From positions 255,721-319,720 of the forward strand of contig NZ_CAXBOQ010000003.1 of NCBI RefSeq assembly GCF_963977465.1: a stretch of DNA of 64,000 nucleotides. Direction: 5' to 3'. Source of the DNA: an uncultured Brevundimonas sp. GTDB taxonomy: Bacteria; Pseudomonadota; Alphaproteobacteria; Caulobacterales; Caulobacteraceae. The notes under the pieces are model-generated. The model was given only the letters and a program-made list of their open reading frames with translations, was not told the DNA's origin and did not search any database. Below, in pieces: positions 8,427 to 18,441 of the stretch. Numbering within the stretch: the first letter of the stretch is position 1; every line of letters begins with the position of its first letter. The translations under genes and the position numbers were made by a program.

Positions 8427-10829
8427 ATGCGCCGTACGGCCAAACACGCCATCAGCCTGGACAGTCCTTTTGACCGACTGACGGCGCTGTTGTGCAACAC
8501 TTTCGGTATGCCGTTCGGGCTGGTCTCGGTGCTGGACGGCGACGAGGCGGTGTTTCGCTCGGAAATCGGCCTGGGCGAGGCGTCGATGCCGCGCGACCAG
8601 AGCGTGAGCAATGTTCTGGTCGCGATGGGGGCCGGTGCCAGTCTGGTGATCGAGGATACGCTCGAACATTCGAAATTTCGCCACCATCCGATGGTGACCG
8701 GGGCTCCGCACATTCGCTTCTTTGCAGGCGCGACAGTGACGACGGCTGACGGCTGTCCGGTCGGCGCGGTCGGCGTCATGGACGTGGAGCCGCATCCGGC
8801 CCTGACGGTCGAACAGACCGACACCCTGCAACTGATTGCGCGCCTCGCCGGGGACATGGTGGACCAGACGGCGGCGGCACGGACCCAGGCTGAACATCTG
8901 CAATTGCTGGAGATGGCGGAGACGGTGACCGGCATCGGTCACTGGCGCCTGGACCGGACCACGAACCGGGTGGTGTGGTCGGATGAAGTGTACCGGATTT
9001 ACGGGGTCGACCGGACGACCTTCGATCCGACTCTGGACGACGCGCTGAAGTATTTTCATCCGGATGGTCGGGCCATACTGGAAGGTCTGCTGCAGCGGGC
9101 GGCGGAGACCGGCGAGGGGTTCGAGGTCCGACTTCGACTGACACGCGACGATGGCGAGACGCGGAACGTGATCTCGCGCGGAAGCGGGGAGCGTCTGGAG
9201 GACGGGAGCATCGGGGCCCTGTTCGGCGTGTTCCAGGATCTGACCGAGGCTGACCGGGCCCACGAGCGACTGGTCCGGAGCGAGGCCCAGTACCGGCTGC
9301 TTGCCGACCGCGCGACGGACGTCATCGTCACCTATGACCTTGAGGCGAAATTTACCTATGTCTCGCCGTCGATTGAAACGGTCCTGGGGCATAGGCCGCA
9401 GGATCTGATGGGGACACCGATCCTGTCGCTGATCCTGCCTGAGGACATTCCGGACCTGACCACCCGGTTCCGGGCCATGGTGTCCGGAAAGACGGGGGAC
9501 GAGCAGAATCGCCTGCGCTACCGGGGAATCACCAAGACGGGCGAGATTCGCTGGTTTGAGGCCCGCACCACGATCATCCGTGACGCGGACGGGTTGGCTG
9601 TCGAGTTTCAGGATGTGATCCGCGACATCTCCGAGACCAAGCAATTGGAAGATCAGCTGATCAGGGCGCGGGACCGGGCTGAGGCCGGGGCGCAGGCCAA
9701 GTCGGAATTCCTGGCCAATATGAGCCATGAACTGAGGACGCCGCTGACCAGTGTGATCGGCTTTTCCGACCTGCTGCAGGCCAGCAAGCGTTTGCCGGCG
9801 GTCGAAAGGGGCCATGCCGAACGCATTCACACCGCCAGCGGGGCCCTGTTGAGCGTGATCAACGACATTCTCGACTACTCCAAGCTGGAGGCCGAGGCAG
9901 TCGATATGGAGCCACGGGCGTTCGCGCCGCGGGGACTGGCCGAGGGGGCGGCGGCGATCGTCGAGACCCAATGCGAGGACAGGGGTCTGGACCTGGTCGT
10001 CGAGATCGATCCAGCCCTGCCGCAAGCCCTGACCGGCGACGAAGGTCGGTTGCGGCAGGTGATGCTGAACTTCCTGTCCAACGCCGTGAAATTCACGCCG
10101 CGCGGCCGGGTTCACCTGGCTGTCGGCGGTTGTCCGGCCGGAGATGGGCAATGGATGTTGAAGGTCTCGGTAACCGACACCGGGATCGGTCTGTCCGCGG
10201 ATCAGGTCGCGACCATGTTCGAGCGGTTCACCCAGGGCGACGCCTCGACGACACGGGTGTACGGCGGCACGGGACTGGGGCTGGCCATCTCGCAGCGGCT
10301 GATTGAGTTGATGGGCGGTCAGGTCGGAGTCGACAGTGTGCCGGGAGAGGGTTCGACCTTCTGGCTGGAAGTGGTTCTGCCGACGGCGGATGCGGTCAAT
10401 CACGCGGACACGGACGACGTGACGATTGCGGGTACGGGCCATCGTATTCTCGTCGCCGATGACGCGGGTGCCAATCGCGAACTGATCGTCGCCATCCTGG
10501 CCGGTCTGGGTCTGGAGGCGGACGCGGTCTGTGACGGGGCCGCGGCGGTCGATGCGGTACGGTCCGGCCGCTATGATCTGGTGCTGATGGATATGCAGAT
10601 GCCGGTGATGGACGGGCTGGCGGCGACGCAGGCCATCCGGGCCATGGACGGGCCGGTGGCGGGCGTGCCGATTCTGGCCCTGAGCGCCAATGTCCAGCGT
10701 GAGCAGATCGACCGCTGCCTGGCGGCGGGCATGGATGACCATCTGGGCAAGCCGATCCAGATCCCCGCCTTGGCCGAGGCCCTGGGCCGCTTCTTGCAGC
10801 CGGCGGCGACCGACAATCAGGCCGCCTGA
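8427..10829 (+). CDS. Hybrid sensor histidine kinase (GAF-PAS-PAS-HisKA-HATPase-REC)
   Basis: H-box [14 protein letters not shown]-box [26 protein letters not shown], receiver [14 protein letters not shown]. Confidence 0.92.
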   Translation: MRRTAKHAISLDSPFDRLTALLCNTFGMPFGLVSVLDGDEAVFRSEIGLGEASMPRDQSVSNVLVAMGAGASLVIEDTLEHSKFRHHPMVTGAPHIRFFAGATVTTADGCPVGAVGVMDVEPHPALTVEQTDTLQLIARLAGDMVDQTAAARTQAEHLQLLEMAETVTGIGHWRLDRTTNRVVWSDEVYRIYGVDRTTFDPTLDDALKYFHPDGRAILEGLLQRAAETGEGFEVRLRLTRDDGETRNVISRGSGERLEDGSIGALFGVFQDLTEADRAHERLVRSEAQYRLLADRATDVIVTYDLEAKFTYVSPSIETVLGHRPQDLMGTPILSLILPEDIPDLTTRFRAMVSGKTGDEQNRLRYRGITKTGEIRWFEARTTIIRDADGLAVEFQDVIRDISETKQLEDQLIRARDRAEAGAQAKSEFLANMSHELRTPLTSVIGFSDLLQASKRLPAVERGHAERIHTASGALLSVINDILDYSKLEAEAVDMEPRAFAPRGLAEGAAAIVETQCEDRGLDLVVEIDPALPQALTGDEGRLRQVMLNFLSNAVKFTPRGRVHLAVGGCPAGDGQWMLKVSVTDTGIGLSADQVATMFERFTQGDASTTRVYGGTGLGLAISQRLIELMGGQVGVDSVPGEGSTFWLEVVLPTADAVNHADTDDVTIAGTGHRILVADDAGANRELIVAILAGLGLEADAVCDGAAAVDAVRSGRYDLVLMDMQMPVMDGLAATQAIRAMDGPVAGVPILALSANVQREQIDRCLAAGMDDHLGKPIQIPALAEALGRFLQPAATDNQAA

Positions 10830-10947
10830 TCCGGGTGCGCTGAAAAATCCTCCGGATTCTTCAGAAATTGCCCTGCACGAACAACGGGATGAGCTTTTCT
10901 AGCGGCTAAATTCCCGCACTGGGGCGCTGCTGGCCTATGATTCAGCC

Positions 10948-11328
10948 ATGCCGGAAAAAAAGGTTCGATACGGGAAGATGAGCCCGCGGGAATTTGCCGA
11001 CCGGGTGCGGGAGATGCTGGGCGCGACGGGAGACATGCCGCCGGACGAGGTCGAGCAGCGGTCCCGGGCGACGCTGGCCCTGGCCAGGGCCGCCAAGGTG
11101 CTGGATGAGGTCGAGCCGGCGGGGGGAGCGTTCGACACTGATGACGATCAACTGGATGCCGCCGGAGAACAGCGGCTCAGGGACGAGCTCCTGCATCGAA
11201 TCGTTGCGCTCAATGCCGATCTCGAGGCTGAGGAAGGCGCTGGCGAGCCTGAACCAGACTCAGCTGAGGCTGATCGAGAACGACTGGGACGGCTGGTCGC
11301 ATCGGGCGCAGCAACCGCCCCAGAGTGA
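10948..11328 (+). CDS. Hypothetical protein, putative GTA small terminase subunit
   Basis: 126-aa charged helical ORF directly upstream of and overlapping the large terminase; assignment by position only. Confidence 0.55.
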   Translation: MPEKKVRYGKMSPREFADRVREMLGATGDMPPDEVEQRSRATLALARAAKVLDEVEPAGGAFDTDDDQLDAAGEQRLRDELLHRIVALNADLEAEEGAGEPEPDSAEADRERLGRLVASGAATAPE

Positions 11329-12460
11329 CTGGGCGACCTGGCTGTTTCTGGGCGGACGCGGCGCGGGCAAGACCCGGGCCGGGGCCGAATGGCTGACGCG
11401 GCAGGCGGTGCGGGGTGCGCGGCTGGCGCTGGTCGGCCCGACCCTGCACGATGTGCGCGAGGTGATGATCGAGGGGCCGTCCGGTCTGAGGGGTATCGCG
11501 CCCTGGCACCGGCGACCGGTCTATGAGATCAGCCGGCGGCGGCTGGTCTGGCCGAACGGGGCGGTGGCCCATGCCTTTTCGGCCGAGGATCCGGAGAGTC
11601 TGAGGGGGCCGCAGTTTCACGCGGGCTGGGCCGATGAATTCTGTGCCTGGAAACGCCCGGGCGATGCGCTGGCAATGTTGCGGCTGGGGATGCGGCTGGG
11701 GGCTGATCCGCGGCTGGTGATCACCACGACACCGAAGCCGATGAAGGCCCTGACCCGACTGATGGCTGAGCCGACCACGGTCTCGACCCATGCGCCGACC
11801 CGGATCAATGCGCGCAATCTGTCGCGTGGCTTTCTGGCCGGGCTCGAGGCGCTGTACGGCGGGACCCGGCTGGCGGCGCAGGAGGTAGACGGCCGGATCC
11901 TGACGTCGGGCGAGGCCCTTTGGACGCAGGAGATGCTGGATCGTTGCCGGGGCGGGACGCCGACGGCGTTTCGCAAGGTGGTGGTCGGGCTGGATCCGAC
12001 GACGACGGCCGAGGGGGACAGTTGCGGCATCGTCGTCGTGGGGCTGACCGACAAGACGGCCTATGTGCTGGCCGACGAGAGTGTCAGCGGCAAACGGCCC
12101 CGCGACTGGGCCCATGCGGTGGCGCAGACCGTGGCCCGGCACGAGGCCGACTGGGTCATCGCCGAGACCAACCAGGGCGGCCAGATGGTCGAGGACCTGT
12201 TGCGGGTCGCCAAATGCGGGGCGCGGATCAAGCCGGTGTTCGCCACCCGCTCGAAACGGGCCCGGGCCGAGCCGGTGGCCCTGTTGTACGATCAGGGAAA
12301 GGTCATCCACTGCGGCTATTTCGCCCGGCTGGAGGATGAGCTGATGGGGCTGGGTCTGGGGACGGGCGAGGCCAGTCCCGACCGGGCCGACGCCCTGATC
12401 TGGGCCGTCAGTCATCTGCTGCTGAACACCCGGGACAGCCCGAGTATCCGGTCCCTCTGA
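11213..12460 (+). CDS. GTA terminase large subunit
   Basis: Walker A LGGRGAGKT, Walker B AGWADE, nuclease motifs VVGLDP and SPDRADAL; start moved from 10994 to ATG 11213. Confidence 0.92.
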   Translation: MPISRLRKALASLNQTQLRLIENDWDGWSHRAQQPPQSDWATWLFLGGRGAGKTRAGAEWLTRQAVRGARLALVGPTLHDVREVMIEGPSGLRGIAPWHRRPVYEISRRRLVWPNGAVAHAFSAEDPESLRGPQFHAGWADEFCAWKRPGDALAMLRLGMRLGADPRLVITTTPKPMKALTRLMAEPTTVSTHAPTRINARNLSRGFLAGLEALYGGTRLAAQEVDGRILTSGEALWTQEMLDRCRGGTPTAFRKVVVGLDPTTTAEGDSCGIVVVGLTDKTAYVLADESVSGKRPRDWAHAVAQTVARHEADWVIAETNQGGQMVEDLLRVAKCGARIKPVFATRSKRARAEPVALLYDQGKVIHCGYFARLEDELMGLGLGTGEASPDRADALIWAVSHLLLNTRDSPSIRSL

Positions 12461-12482
12461 CCCTTATCAAGGACGTTGAGAC

Positions 12483-13655
12483 ATGAATGGACTGCGCTGG
12501 CCCTGGGGCCGTCGCGGGCGCATCGCTGCGCCCGAAACCAAGGACAGCCGGGTCGGGGCCCTGATCGCCATGACCGGCCCGGGTCGTCCGCGCTGGACGC
12601 CGCGCGACTATGCGCATCTGGCGCGCGAGGGGTTTGGACGCAATGCGGTGGCCTATCGCTGTGTGCGGATGATCGCCGAGGCGGCGGCCTCGACGCCACT
12701 GACGGTGTTTCGCGACGGGGTGCGCGACGATGAGCACCCGCTGGCGCGGCTGCTGGACCGGCCCAATCCGGAACAGTCGGGACCGGAGTGGCTGGAGGGC
12801 GTCTATGGCGCGCTGCAGACGGCGGGTAATGCCTATGTCGAGGCGGCCGGCGACGGTGACGGGGACGGCGCGCCGGACGAACTGTGGAGCCTGAGGCCGG
12901 ACCGGATGGCGGTGGTGCCGGGGCGGCACGGTTGGCCCGAGGCCTATGTCTATGAGGTGGACGGGCGGCGGCTGCGCATCGGGCGAGGGGCCGACGGCTG
13001 GATGCCGGTCATGCATCTGAAGCTGTTTCATCCGTTCGACGATCACTATGGTTTTTCGCCGCTGGAGGCTGCGGCGGTGGCCGTCGATGTGCACAATGCC
13101 TCGGGGGCCTGGAATAAGGCGCTGCTGGATAACGCGGCCCGGCCCAGCGGGGCGCTGGTCAGCAGCGGGCGCGACGGCGAACGGTTGACGACTGAACAGT
13201 TTGAGGCACTGAAGCTGCAGCTGGGTGACGCCTATACGGGGGCCGCCAATGCCGGGCGGCCGCTGTTGCTGGAAGGCGGGCTGGACTGGAAGCCGATCAG
13301 CCTGACTCCGGCCGAGATGGACTTTATTGCCGGCAAACACGCGGCGGCGCGCGAGATCGCTTTGGCCTTCGGCGTGCCGCCGCAGCTGCTGGGGATTCCG
13401 GGCGACGCCACCTATGCCAACTATCGCGAGGCCAATGCAGCCTTCTGGCGGGCGACGATCGCGCCGCTGGTGCGCAAGACGGCGGGGGCGCTGACCGGCT
13501 GGCTGGGGCCGCGCTTTGCCGGGACGCGGATTGCGCCTGATCTGGACGGGGTGCCGGCCCTGCAGCCCGAACGCGATGCCCTGTGGGCGCGACTGGGGGC
13601 GGCAAGCTTCCTGACCGATGCCGAGCGGCGGCGCATGGCGGGGGTGGGCGAATGA
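12483..13655 (+). CDS. HK97-family portal protein
   Basis: GFGRNAVAYRCVRMIAEAAAS, LLDRPNPEQSG, YGFSPLEAA, FGVPPQLLGIPGDATYANYREAN. Confidence 0.95.
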   Translation: MNGLRWPWGRRGRIAAPETKDSRVGALIAMTGPGRPRWTPRDYAHLAREGFGRNAVAYRCVRMIAEAAASTPLTVFRDGVRDDEHPLARLLDRPNPEQSGPEWLEGVYGALQTAGNAYVEAAGDGDGDGAPDELWSLRPDRMAVVPGRHGWPEAYVYEVDGRRLRIGRGADGWMPVMHLKLFHPFDDHYGFSPLEAAAVAVDVHNASGAWNKALLDNAARPSGALVSSGRDGERLTTEQFEALKLQLGDAYTGAANAGRPLLLEGGLDWKPISLTPAEMDFIAGKHAAAREIALAFGVPPQLLGIPGDATYANYREANAAFWRATIAPLVRKTAGALTGWLGPRFAGTRIAPDLDGVPALQPERDALWARLGAASFLTDAERRRMAGVGE

Positions 13656-13882
13656 GCACGCCGGGCTGGAAGGTGCCCGCCGCCCTGGTGGTGGCGCTGG
13701 GCGTGCAGACGGTCGGCGGGCTGGTCTGGGCCGGGGGCGCGGCGGCACGGATCGCGGCGCTGGAGGAAAGGGTCGGTGAACAGCGACTGGTGGCCGAACG
13801 GCTGGCCCGGCTGGAGGAACAGGGGATTGCGACACGGCAGACGGTGGAACGGATCGAGCGGCGGCTGGAGGCAGGACGGTGA
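13652..13882 (+). CDS. Small GTA membrane/coiled-coil protein
   Basis: ATGA overlap with the portal stop; hydrophobic N-terminus then coiled coil (RIAALEERV...RLARLEEQ). Confidence 0.7.
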   Translation: MSTPGWKVPAALVVALGVQTVGGLVWAGGAAARIAALEERVGEQRLVAERLARLEEQGIATRQTVERIERRLEAGR

Positions 13883-14376
13883 GGGGGACGGGCGGGTGTG
13901 ACCCCTCACCCGACCGCGCCAGTACGACGGCTGCGCCGCCGTGCGCCGTCTCCCTCTCCCGCAAGGGGCGAGGGAGCGTTGAAATCAGCGGCTATGCCTC
14001 GCTGTGGGGTGTGGCCGATCTGGACGGGGATGTGGTGGCGCGCGGGGCCTTCGCCGACAGTCTGGGCCGGACCGGTGCGGCCGGGGTGCGGATGCTGCAC
14101 CAGCATGAGGCGCGGGCGGTGGTCGGGGTCTGGGACAGGCTGGTCGAGGACGACCGTGGGCTGTTCGTCCGCGGACGGATCATGGACTGGTCGGCCGAGG
14201 CGCGCTTCGCCGCCGCCCTGGCCCGGGCCGGGGCGCTGGACGGACTGTCGATCGGGTTCAGGGCGGCCAGGGCAAGGCGCGAGGGGCGGCTGCGGGTGTT
14301 GAGTGCGGTTGCGCTGTGGGAGGTGTCGCTGGTGACCTTTCCGATGCTGCCGGGCGCGCGGTTCAGTGTGGTTTGA
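13879..14376 (+). CDS. HK97-family prohead protease with repeat-derived N-terminus
   Basis: ISGYASLWGVADLDGDVVARGAF, MLHQH, LDGLSIGFR, EVSLVTFPM; GTG start overlaps the upstream stop. Confidence 0.9.
   Translation: MRGTGGCDPSPDRASTTAAPPCAVSLSRKGRGSVEISGYASLWGVADLDGDVVARGAFADSLGRTGAAGVRMLHQHEARAVVGVWDRLVEDDRGLFVRGRIMDWSAEARFAAALARAGALDGLSIGFRAARARREGRLRVLSAVALWEVSLVTFPMLPGARFSVV
13902..13975. repeat. Palindromic REP/CIR-like arm (family A), inside protease ORF
   Basis: CCCCTCACCCGACCGCGCCAG...GTCTCCCTCTCCCGCAAGGGGCGAGGGA closely matches the reverse complement of 18442-18516. Confidence 0.85.
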
Positions 14377-14379
14377 CCC

Positions 14380-15765
14380 CTACTGCGCCAGGTCGCGGAG
14401 CAGGGCGTCCCACTGGCGGACGCCGGGGGCGAGGGTGGCGACGGGCAGGCGTTCGTTGAGACCGTGGGCGAAATTGTCCGAGGGCTTCATGAACACGGAG
14501 GAGACCCCGTAGCTCGGCATGCCGAGGGCGCGGAAATGCATGCTGTCGGTGGCGCCCGCCGTCATGGTGGGGACCACGGTCAGGCCGGGCGCGCGGGCGT
14601 GGACCACGGCGGTGATGGCCGCCATCAGGTCGGGCCGAAGCGGCGAGGACGGGGCGTCGACGGTGCCGGAGTCCTGATAGGCCACGATGACGCCGGGATC
14701 GGCCATGATGCCGGTCAGGGTGGTGCCGATCTGGGCCATGGTCGTGCCGGGGAAGATGCGGCAGTTGATGTTGGCCGTGGCCCGTTGCGGCAGGGCGTTG
14801 GGGGCGTGGCCGCCGTTGATCATCGTGGTCAGGCAGGTGGTGCGGATCAGGCCGACATATTCGGGCTCGGCATCGAGCACGGCGATGGCATCGGCGTCGG
14901 CGGGATCGACCGCCAGACGACGCAGGGCGACGCCGGTCGGACCGTCCACCTCGGGGCCGGTGGCGGCGATATAGGCGGTGGTGATCGGGCTGTAGGTGAC
15001 CGGGAATTTGTAGGCGGCCAGCCGGGCCAGGGCGGCGTTGAGCCGGTAGATGGCATTGGTCGGGCCGGGGCGGCTGGAATGGCCGCCGGGATCAGTGACG
15101 GTGACGGTGTAGTCGGCATAGGTCTTTTCCGCCGCCTGCAGCTTGTAGACGGTGGGGCTTCCGTCCTCGGCCAGCAGACCGCCGCCGCCGTCGGCGTTGA
15201 GGACCATCTCGGCCCCCTGGAGCTGTTCGGCCAACCAGCGACTGGTTGCCATGGCTGTCTCCTCGTCGCCGGACAGGGCCAGGACGATGGAGCGGCGCGG
15301 GGTCCAGCCGGACCGGCGCAGCTGGATCAGGGTGGCCACGACGACCGAGAGGTCGGCCTTGTTGTCGAGCGAGCCGCGTCCGTAGACGTAGCCGTTCTCG
15401 ACCACGGCGGTGAAGGGATCACGGGTCCAGTCGGCGGGGTCGGCCTGGACCACATCCATATGGGCCAGCAGGACAAGCGGTTTGAAGTCAGGGTCGCTGC
15501 CGGGCCAGCGGGCGATCAGGGCGGCGGTTTCGCCGATTGGCTGGATCTGCACATCGCTGTCGGCATAGCCGCCGTCGACCAGCAGGCCCTTCAGATACGC
15601 CGCATAGGCCGGGACCTGGCCGGCCCCCTCGACGGTGCGGAAACCGATCGAGCGGGTCAGAATGTTCAGGGCATTGTCGGCGGCCGTCGCGGTCTGGGCG
15701 GTGGCGCAGGCGGGGGCGAGTAGCAGGGCGAGGGCGGCGGTGCCGCCGGCGAGGGAACGGATCAT
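14380..15765 (-). CDS. M20/M25/M40 family metallopeptidase, exported
   Basis: Signal peptide; LLAHMDVV, YGRGSLDNKA, GDEE, GATDS, AHGLNERL metal-ligand motifs. Confidence 0.9.
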   Translation of the reverse strand: MIRSLAGGTAALALLLAPACATAQTATAADNALNILTRSIGFRTVEGAGQVPAYAAYLKGLLVDGGYADSDVQIQPIGETAALIARWPGSDPDFKPLVLLAHMDVVQADPADWTRDPFTAVVENGYVYGRGSLDNKADLSVVVATLIQLRRSGWTPRRSIVLALSGDEETAMATSRWLAEQLQGAEMVLNADGGGGLLAEDGSPTVYKLQAAEKTYADYTVTVTDPGGHSSRPGPTNAIYRLNAALARLAAYKFPVTYSPITTAYIAATGPEVDGPTGVALRRLAVDPADADAIAVLDAEPEYVGLIRTTCLTTMINGGHAPNALPQRATANINCRIFPGTTMAQIGTTLTGIMADPGVIVAYQDSGTVDAPSSPLRPDLMAAITAVVHARAPGLTVVPTMTAGATDSMHFRALGMPSYGVSSVFMKPSDNFAHGLNERLPVATLAPGVRQWDALLRDLAQ

Positions 15766-15854
15766 GGAAGACTCCGGCGCTGGCGGTCAGCGTGACTGAA
15801 CGGGTGTGACCGTAGCGGTTGCTGTCGGCATGTCCAAACGCGCCGGGAAGACGG

Positions 15855-16448
15855 TCAGGCTCGGGCGCGGGGGCCGCGGCGGGGTGGTTCGGCAGCGCGG
15901 ACCGGGGCGGCCATACAGTCGATCCAGTCGAGCGCGGCGGTCATGCCGTTGAGGGTGAAATAGGCCGCCTGCGGACGGCCGGATTCGGTCTGGTAGGTCC
16001 AGCGCACGAGGCGCTGACGGCGCAGGCCCGCGACAATGGAACGGGCGGTGATGGGGTCGGTGACTCGGTATTCATTGGTGCCCGGCGAGGTCGGGGTGAC
16101 GAGCGACGTCAGATCGATCGACTGGCCGGGGAAGGTCAGGGACATCGGCAGGCCGGTGCCCGACGGCATGGGTTCGGCGGCGACGAACTCGACCTGTCGT
16201 TCCGCCCCGGCCGACGGGCGGGCCACGCGCAGCTGCTGGGTATAGGCGGCCTGGCCCGACAGATCGGGCAGGGCGACGACGACCGAGCAATAGCCGTCGG
16301 GACGACAGGCGGCGAGGACGTCAGTGAAATAGGCCCGGGTCTCGCCGAAGCGGCTGTGGGTCGTGGCACCGCAGCGTTCGGCGGCGGCCGCGCCGCCGGC
16401 GGCGAACAGCAGAGCCGTCGCAGCCATCGTCGACATCAGTCTGGTCAT
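15855..16448 (-). CDS. Exported hypothetical protein
   Basis: Signal peptide (MAATALLFAAGGAAAA), Cys pairs, C-terminal FTLNGMTAALDWIDC; start moved to ATG 16448. Confidence 0.7.
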   Translation of the reverse strand: MTRLMSTMAATALLFAAGGAAAAERCGATTHSRFGETRAYFTDVLAACRPDGYCSVVVALPDLSGQAAYTQQLRVARPSAGAERQVEFVAAEPMPSGTGLPMSLTFPGQSIDLTSLVTPTSPGTNEYRVTDPITARSIVAGLRRQRLVRWTYQTESGRPQAAYFTLNGMTAALDWIDCMAAPVRAAEPPRRGPRARA

Positions 16449-16546
16449 CGGTTCGTCCCCACAGGCGCTTGCCGTCAGCGGGATCACGCGGGTCGGTGAC
16501 TGTCAATCAGATGCGCCCGGGTCGCGAGCGGCCAGGGGAGGCGAGT

Positions 16547-17134
16547 CTATTGCGGCGCGAGCAACTTGCGCTGCGTCGAGGCCCAGCCCCGAACCACAGA
16601 GGCTGCAATGAATGCGAGACAGCCCAATGCCGGAAGCAGGCGCGCCGAGGGTTTGGCGAGCGCCGGATAGAGTCTCTGCCAGACATCAGAACCGGCGAAG
16701 CTCAGGAGAAAGAGCAGACCCATGGCCGCCAGTGCCACGGTGACCTCGAGCCCGCGTTCTTCCTGTTCGGGATGCATGCCGATCAGGGTCACGATTCCTC
16801 GCATGAGCGGTGGGGGTCTGAGGCCTTCGGTCGGGAGTTCGGACCAGGCTTCGAACCCGTTGGCCGCCTGCGGTGGCGGGTCCAGCTGCAGGGCGTGCAG
16901 GGGGGACAGGCGACGGGGACGCCGATTGGCGACGGCACCGACAAGCCACGCCATAAACGCGGCGACGATGATCAATCCGAACAGCGGAAGACCGATCCAC
17001 GGAACGGTCTCGTGCGGGGTCAGGTGAATCGCCAACGGTACGAAGGGCATCACCCCCGTCAGAATAGCCAGGAAAAGCGACCCGAGCAGTGAGTGCTGGA
17101 TCGCATCGATGAGTTTTCGGGCGAGGTTTCCCAT
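16547..17134 (-). CDS. Hypothetical membrane protein
   Basis: 195 aa with about four hydrophobic segments. Confidence 0.6.
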   Translation of the reverse strand: MGNLARKLIDAIQHSLLGSLFLAILTGVMPFVPLAIHLTPHETVPWIGLPLFGLIIVAAFMAWLVGAVANRRPRRLSPLHALQLDPPPQAANGFEAWSELPTEGLRPPPLMRGIVTLIGMHPEQEERGLEVTVALAAMGLLFLLSFAGSDVWQRLYPALAKPSARLLPALGCLAFIAASVVRGWASTQRKLLAPQ

Positions 17135-17180
17135 GCCCGAATTCTAGCCGCGTACCGCGGCCTCTACAACCGGAGATACC

Positions 17181-18434
17181 ATGAAAGAGACCAAACAGGC
17201 CCCGGCCACGCCGGGGGCGCGCGCCGCCATGCACGAGATGATGGCGGCGTTCGAGGCGTTCAAAGGGGCCAATGACGCCCGGCTGGACGAGATCGAGAAG
17301 AAGGCGTCGGCCGATCCCCTGCTGGAGGCCAAGGTGGCGCGGATCGACCAGGCGGTGGCCAGCGCCCAGGCGCGGCTGGACCGGGTGGTTAGCGAGGGAA
17401 GGCGGCCGGAGCTTGGGGGCGGCTCCCCCTCCGACGGCTTCGCCGCCACCTCCCCCGAGAGGGGAGGAGTGGAGGAGACGAAGGCCGCGTTCGACGGCTA
17501 TCTGAAGACCGGGAATTCGAGCGGGCTGGAGCTGAAGACGGGGCTGTCGTCGGCGACGGATTCGGGGGGCTATGTGGTGCCACCGGAGACTGAGCGAGCC
17601 ATCGACCGGCGGCTGATGGCGGGGTCGCCGATGCGCGAGATCGCCACGGTGCGCACCATCGGGGCGGGCGTGTTTCGCAAGCCGGTGTCAACGGCCGGGG
17701 TGACGGCGGGCTGGGTCGCCGAGACCGCGCCGCGGCCGGAGACGGACCCGGCGACCCTGGCCCTGCTGGAGTTCCCGGCGGCCGATCTGTACGCCTCACC
17801 GGCGGCGACCCAGAGCCTGCTGGACGATGCCATGATCAATCTGGACGAATGGCTGGCGGCCGAGGTCGAGGATGCCTTCGCGGCCCAGGAGACCACGGCC
17901 TTTGTCAGCGGCGACGGGATCAACAAGCCGAAGGGGTTCCTGAGCTATGACATCGTCGCCGAGGCGGGCCATGGCTGGGGCGAGATCGGCTATGTGGCCT
18001 CGGGCGCGGCGGGGGCCTTTGCGGCTTCGAACCCGGGCGACCGGCTGATCGATCTGGTCTATGCGCCCAAGGCCCGCTACCGGCCCAACGGGCGGTTCGT
18101 GATGAACCGGCGGACGGTCTCGACCGTGCGTAAATTCAAGGACGCCGACGGCAACTATATCTGGCAGCCGGCGACGCGGGCTGGAGAGACGGCCTCGCTG
18201 CTGGGCTATCCGGTGACCGAGATCGAGACCATGCCGGACATCGCTGCCGACAGCGCCGCCATCGCCTTCGGCGACTTCCAGCGCGGCTATCTGATCGTCG
18301 ACCGGGCCGGGGTGCGGGTGCTGCGCGACCCGTATTCGGCCAAGCCCTATGTGCTGTTCTACACGACCAAGCGCGTCGGCGGCGGGGTGCAGAATTTCGA
18401 CGCCATCAAGGTGATGAAGTTTGCGGTGAGCTAG
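17181..18434 (+). CDS. HK97-fold major capsid protein
   Basis: DSGGYVVPPETERAIDR, SPMREIATV, FVSGDGINKPKGFL, AIAFGDFQRGYLIVDRAGVRVLRDPYSAKPYVLFYTTKRVGGGV; RBS GGAGA. Confidence 0.96.
   Translation: MKETKQAPATPGARAAMHEMMAAFEAFKGANDARLDEIEKKASADPLLEAKVARIDQAVASAQARLDRVVSEGRRPELGGGSPSDGFAATSPERGGVEETKAAFDGYLKTGNSSGLELKTGLSSATDSGGYVVPPETERAIDRRLMAGSPMREIATVRTIGAGVFRKPVSTAGVTAGWVAETAPRPETDPATLALLEFPAADLYASPAATQSLLDDAMINLDEWLAAEVEDAFAAQETTAFVSGDGINKPKGFLSYDIVAEAGHGWGEIGYVASGAAGAFAASNPGDRLIDLVYAPKARYRPNGRFVMNRRTVSTVRKFKDADGNYIWQPATRAGETASLLGYPVTEIETMPDIAADSAAIAFGDFQRGYLIVDRAGVRVLRDPYSAKPYVLFYTTKRVGGGVQNFDAIKVMKFAVS
17423..17469. repeat. Palindromic arm (family A-related subfamily), in frame in capsid gene
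   Basis: CTCCCCCTCCGACGGCTTCGCCGCCACCTCCCCCGAGAGGGGAGGAG; same CCCCTC-hairpin-CACCTCCCC-GGGGAG layout as 20505-20558 and 37825-37876. Confidence 0.7.
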
Positions 18435-18441
18435 CTACGGA

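Noticed and set aside
8073-10742. 889-aa minus-strand ORF
   Set aside because: Antisense shadow of the hybrid kinase; the same applies to 24399..26387, 43838..45493, 49175..51076 and similar long overlaps
10954-10961. A7 run as a frameshift site fusing TerS and TerL
   Set aside because: The TerL frame has a TGA at 10979-10981, downstream of the run
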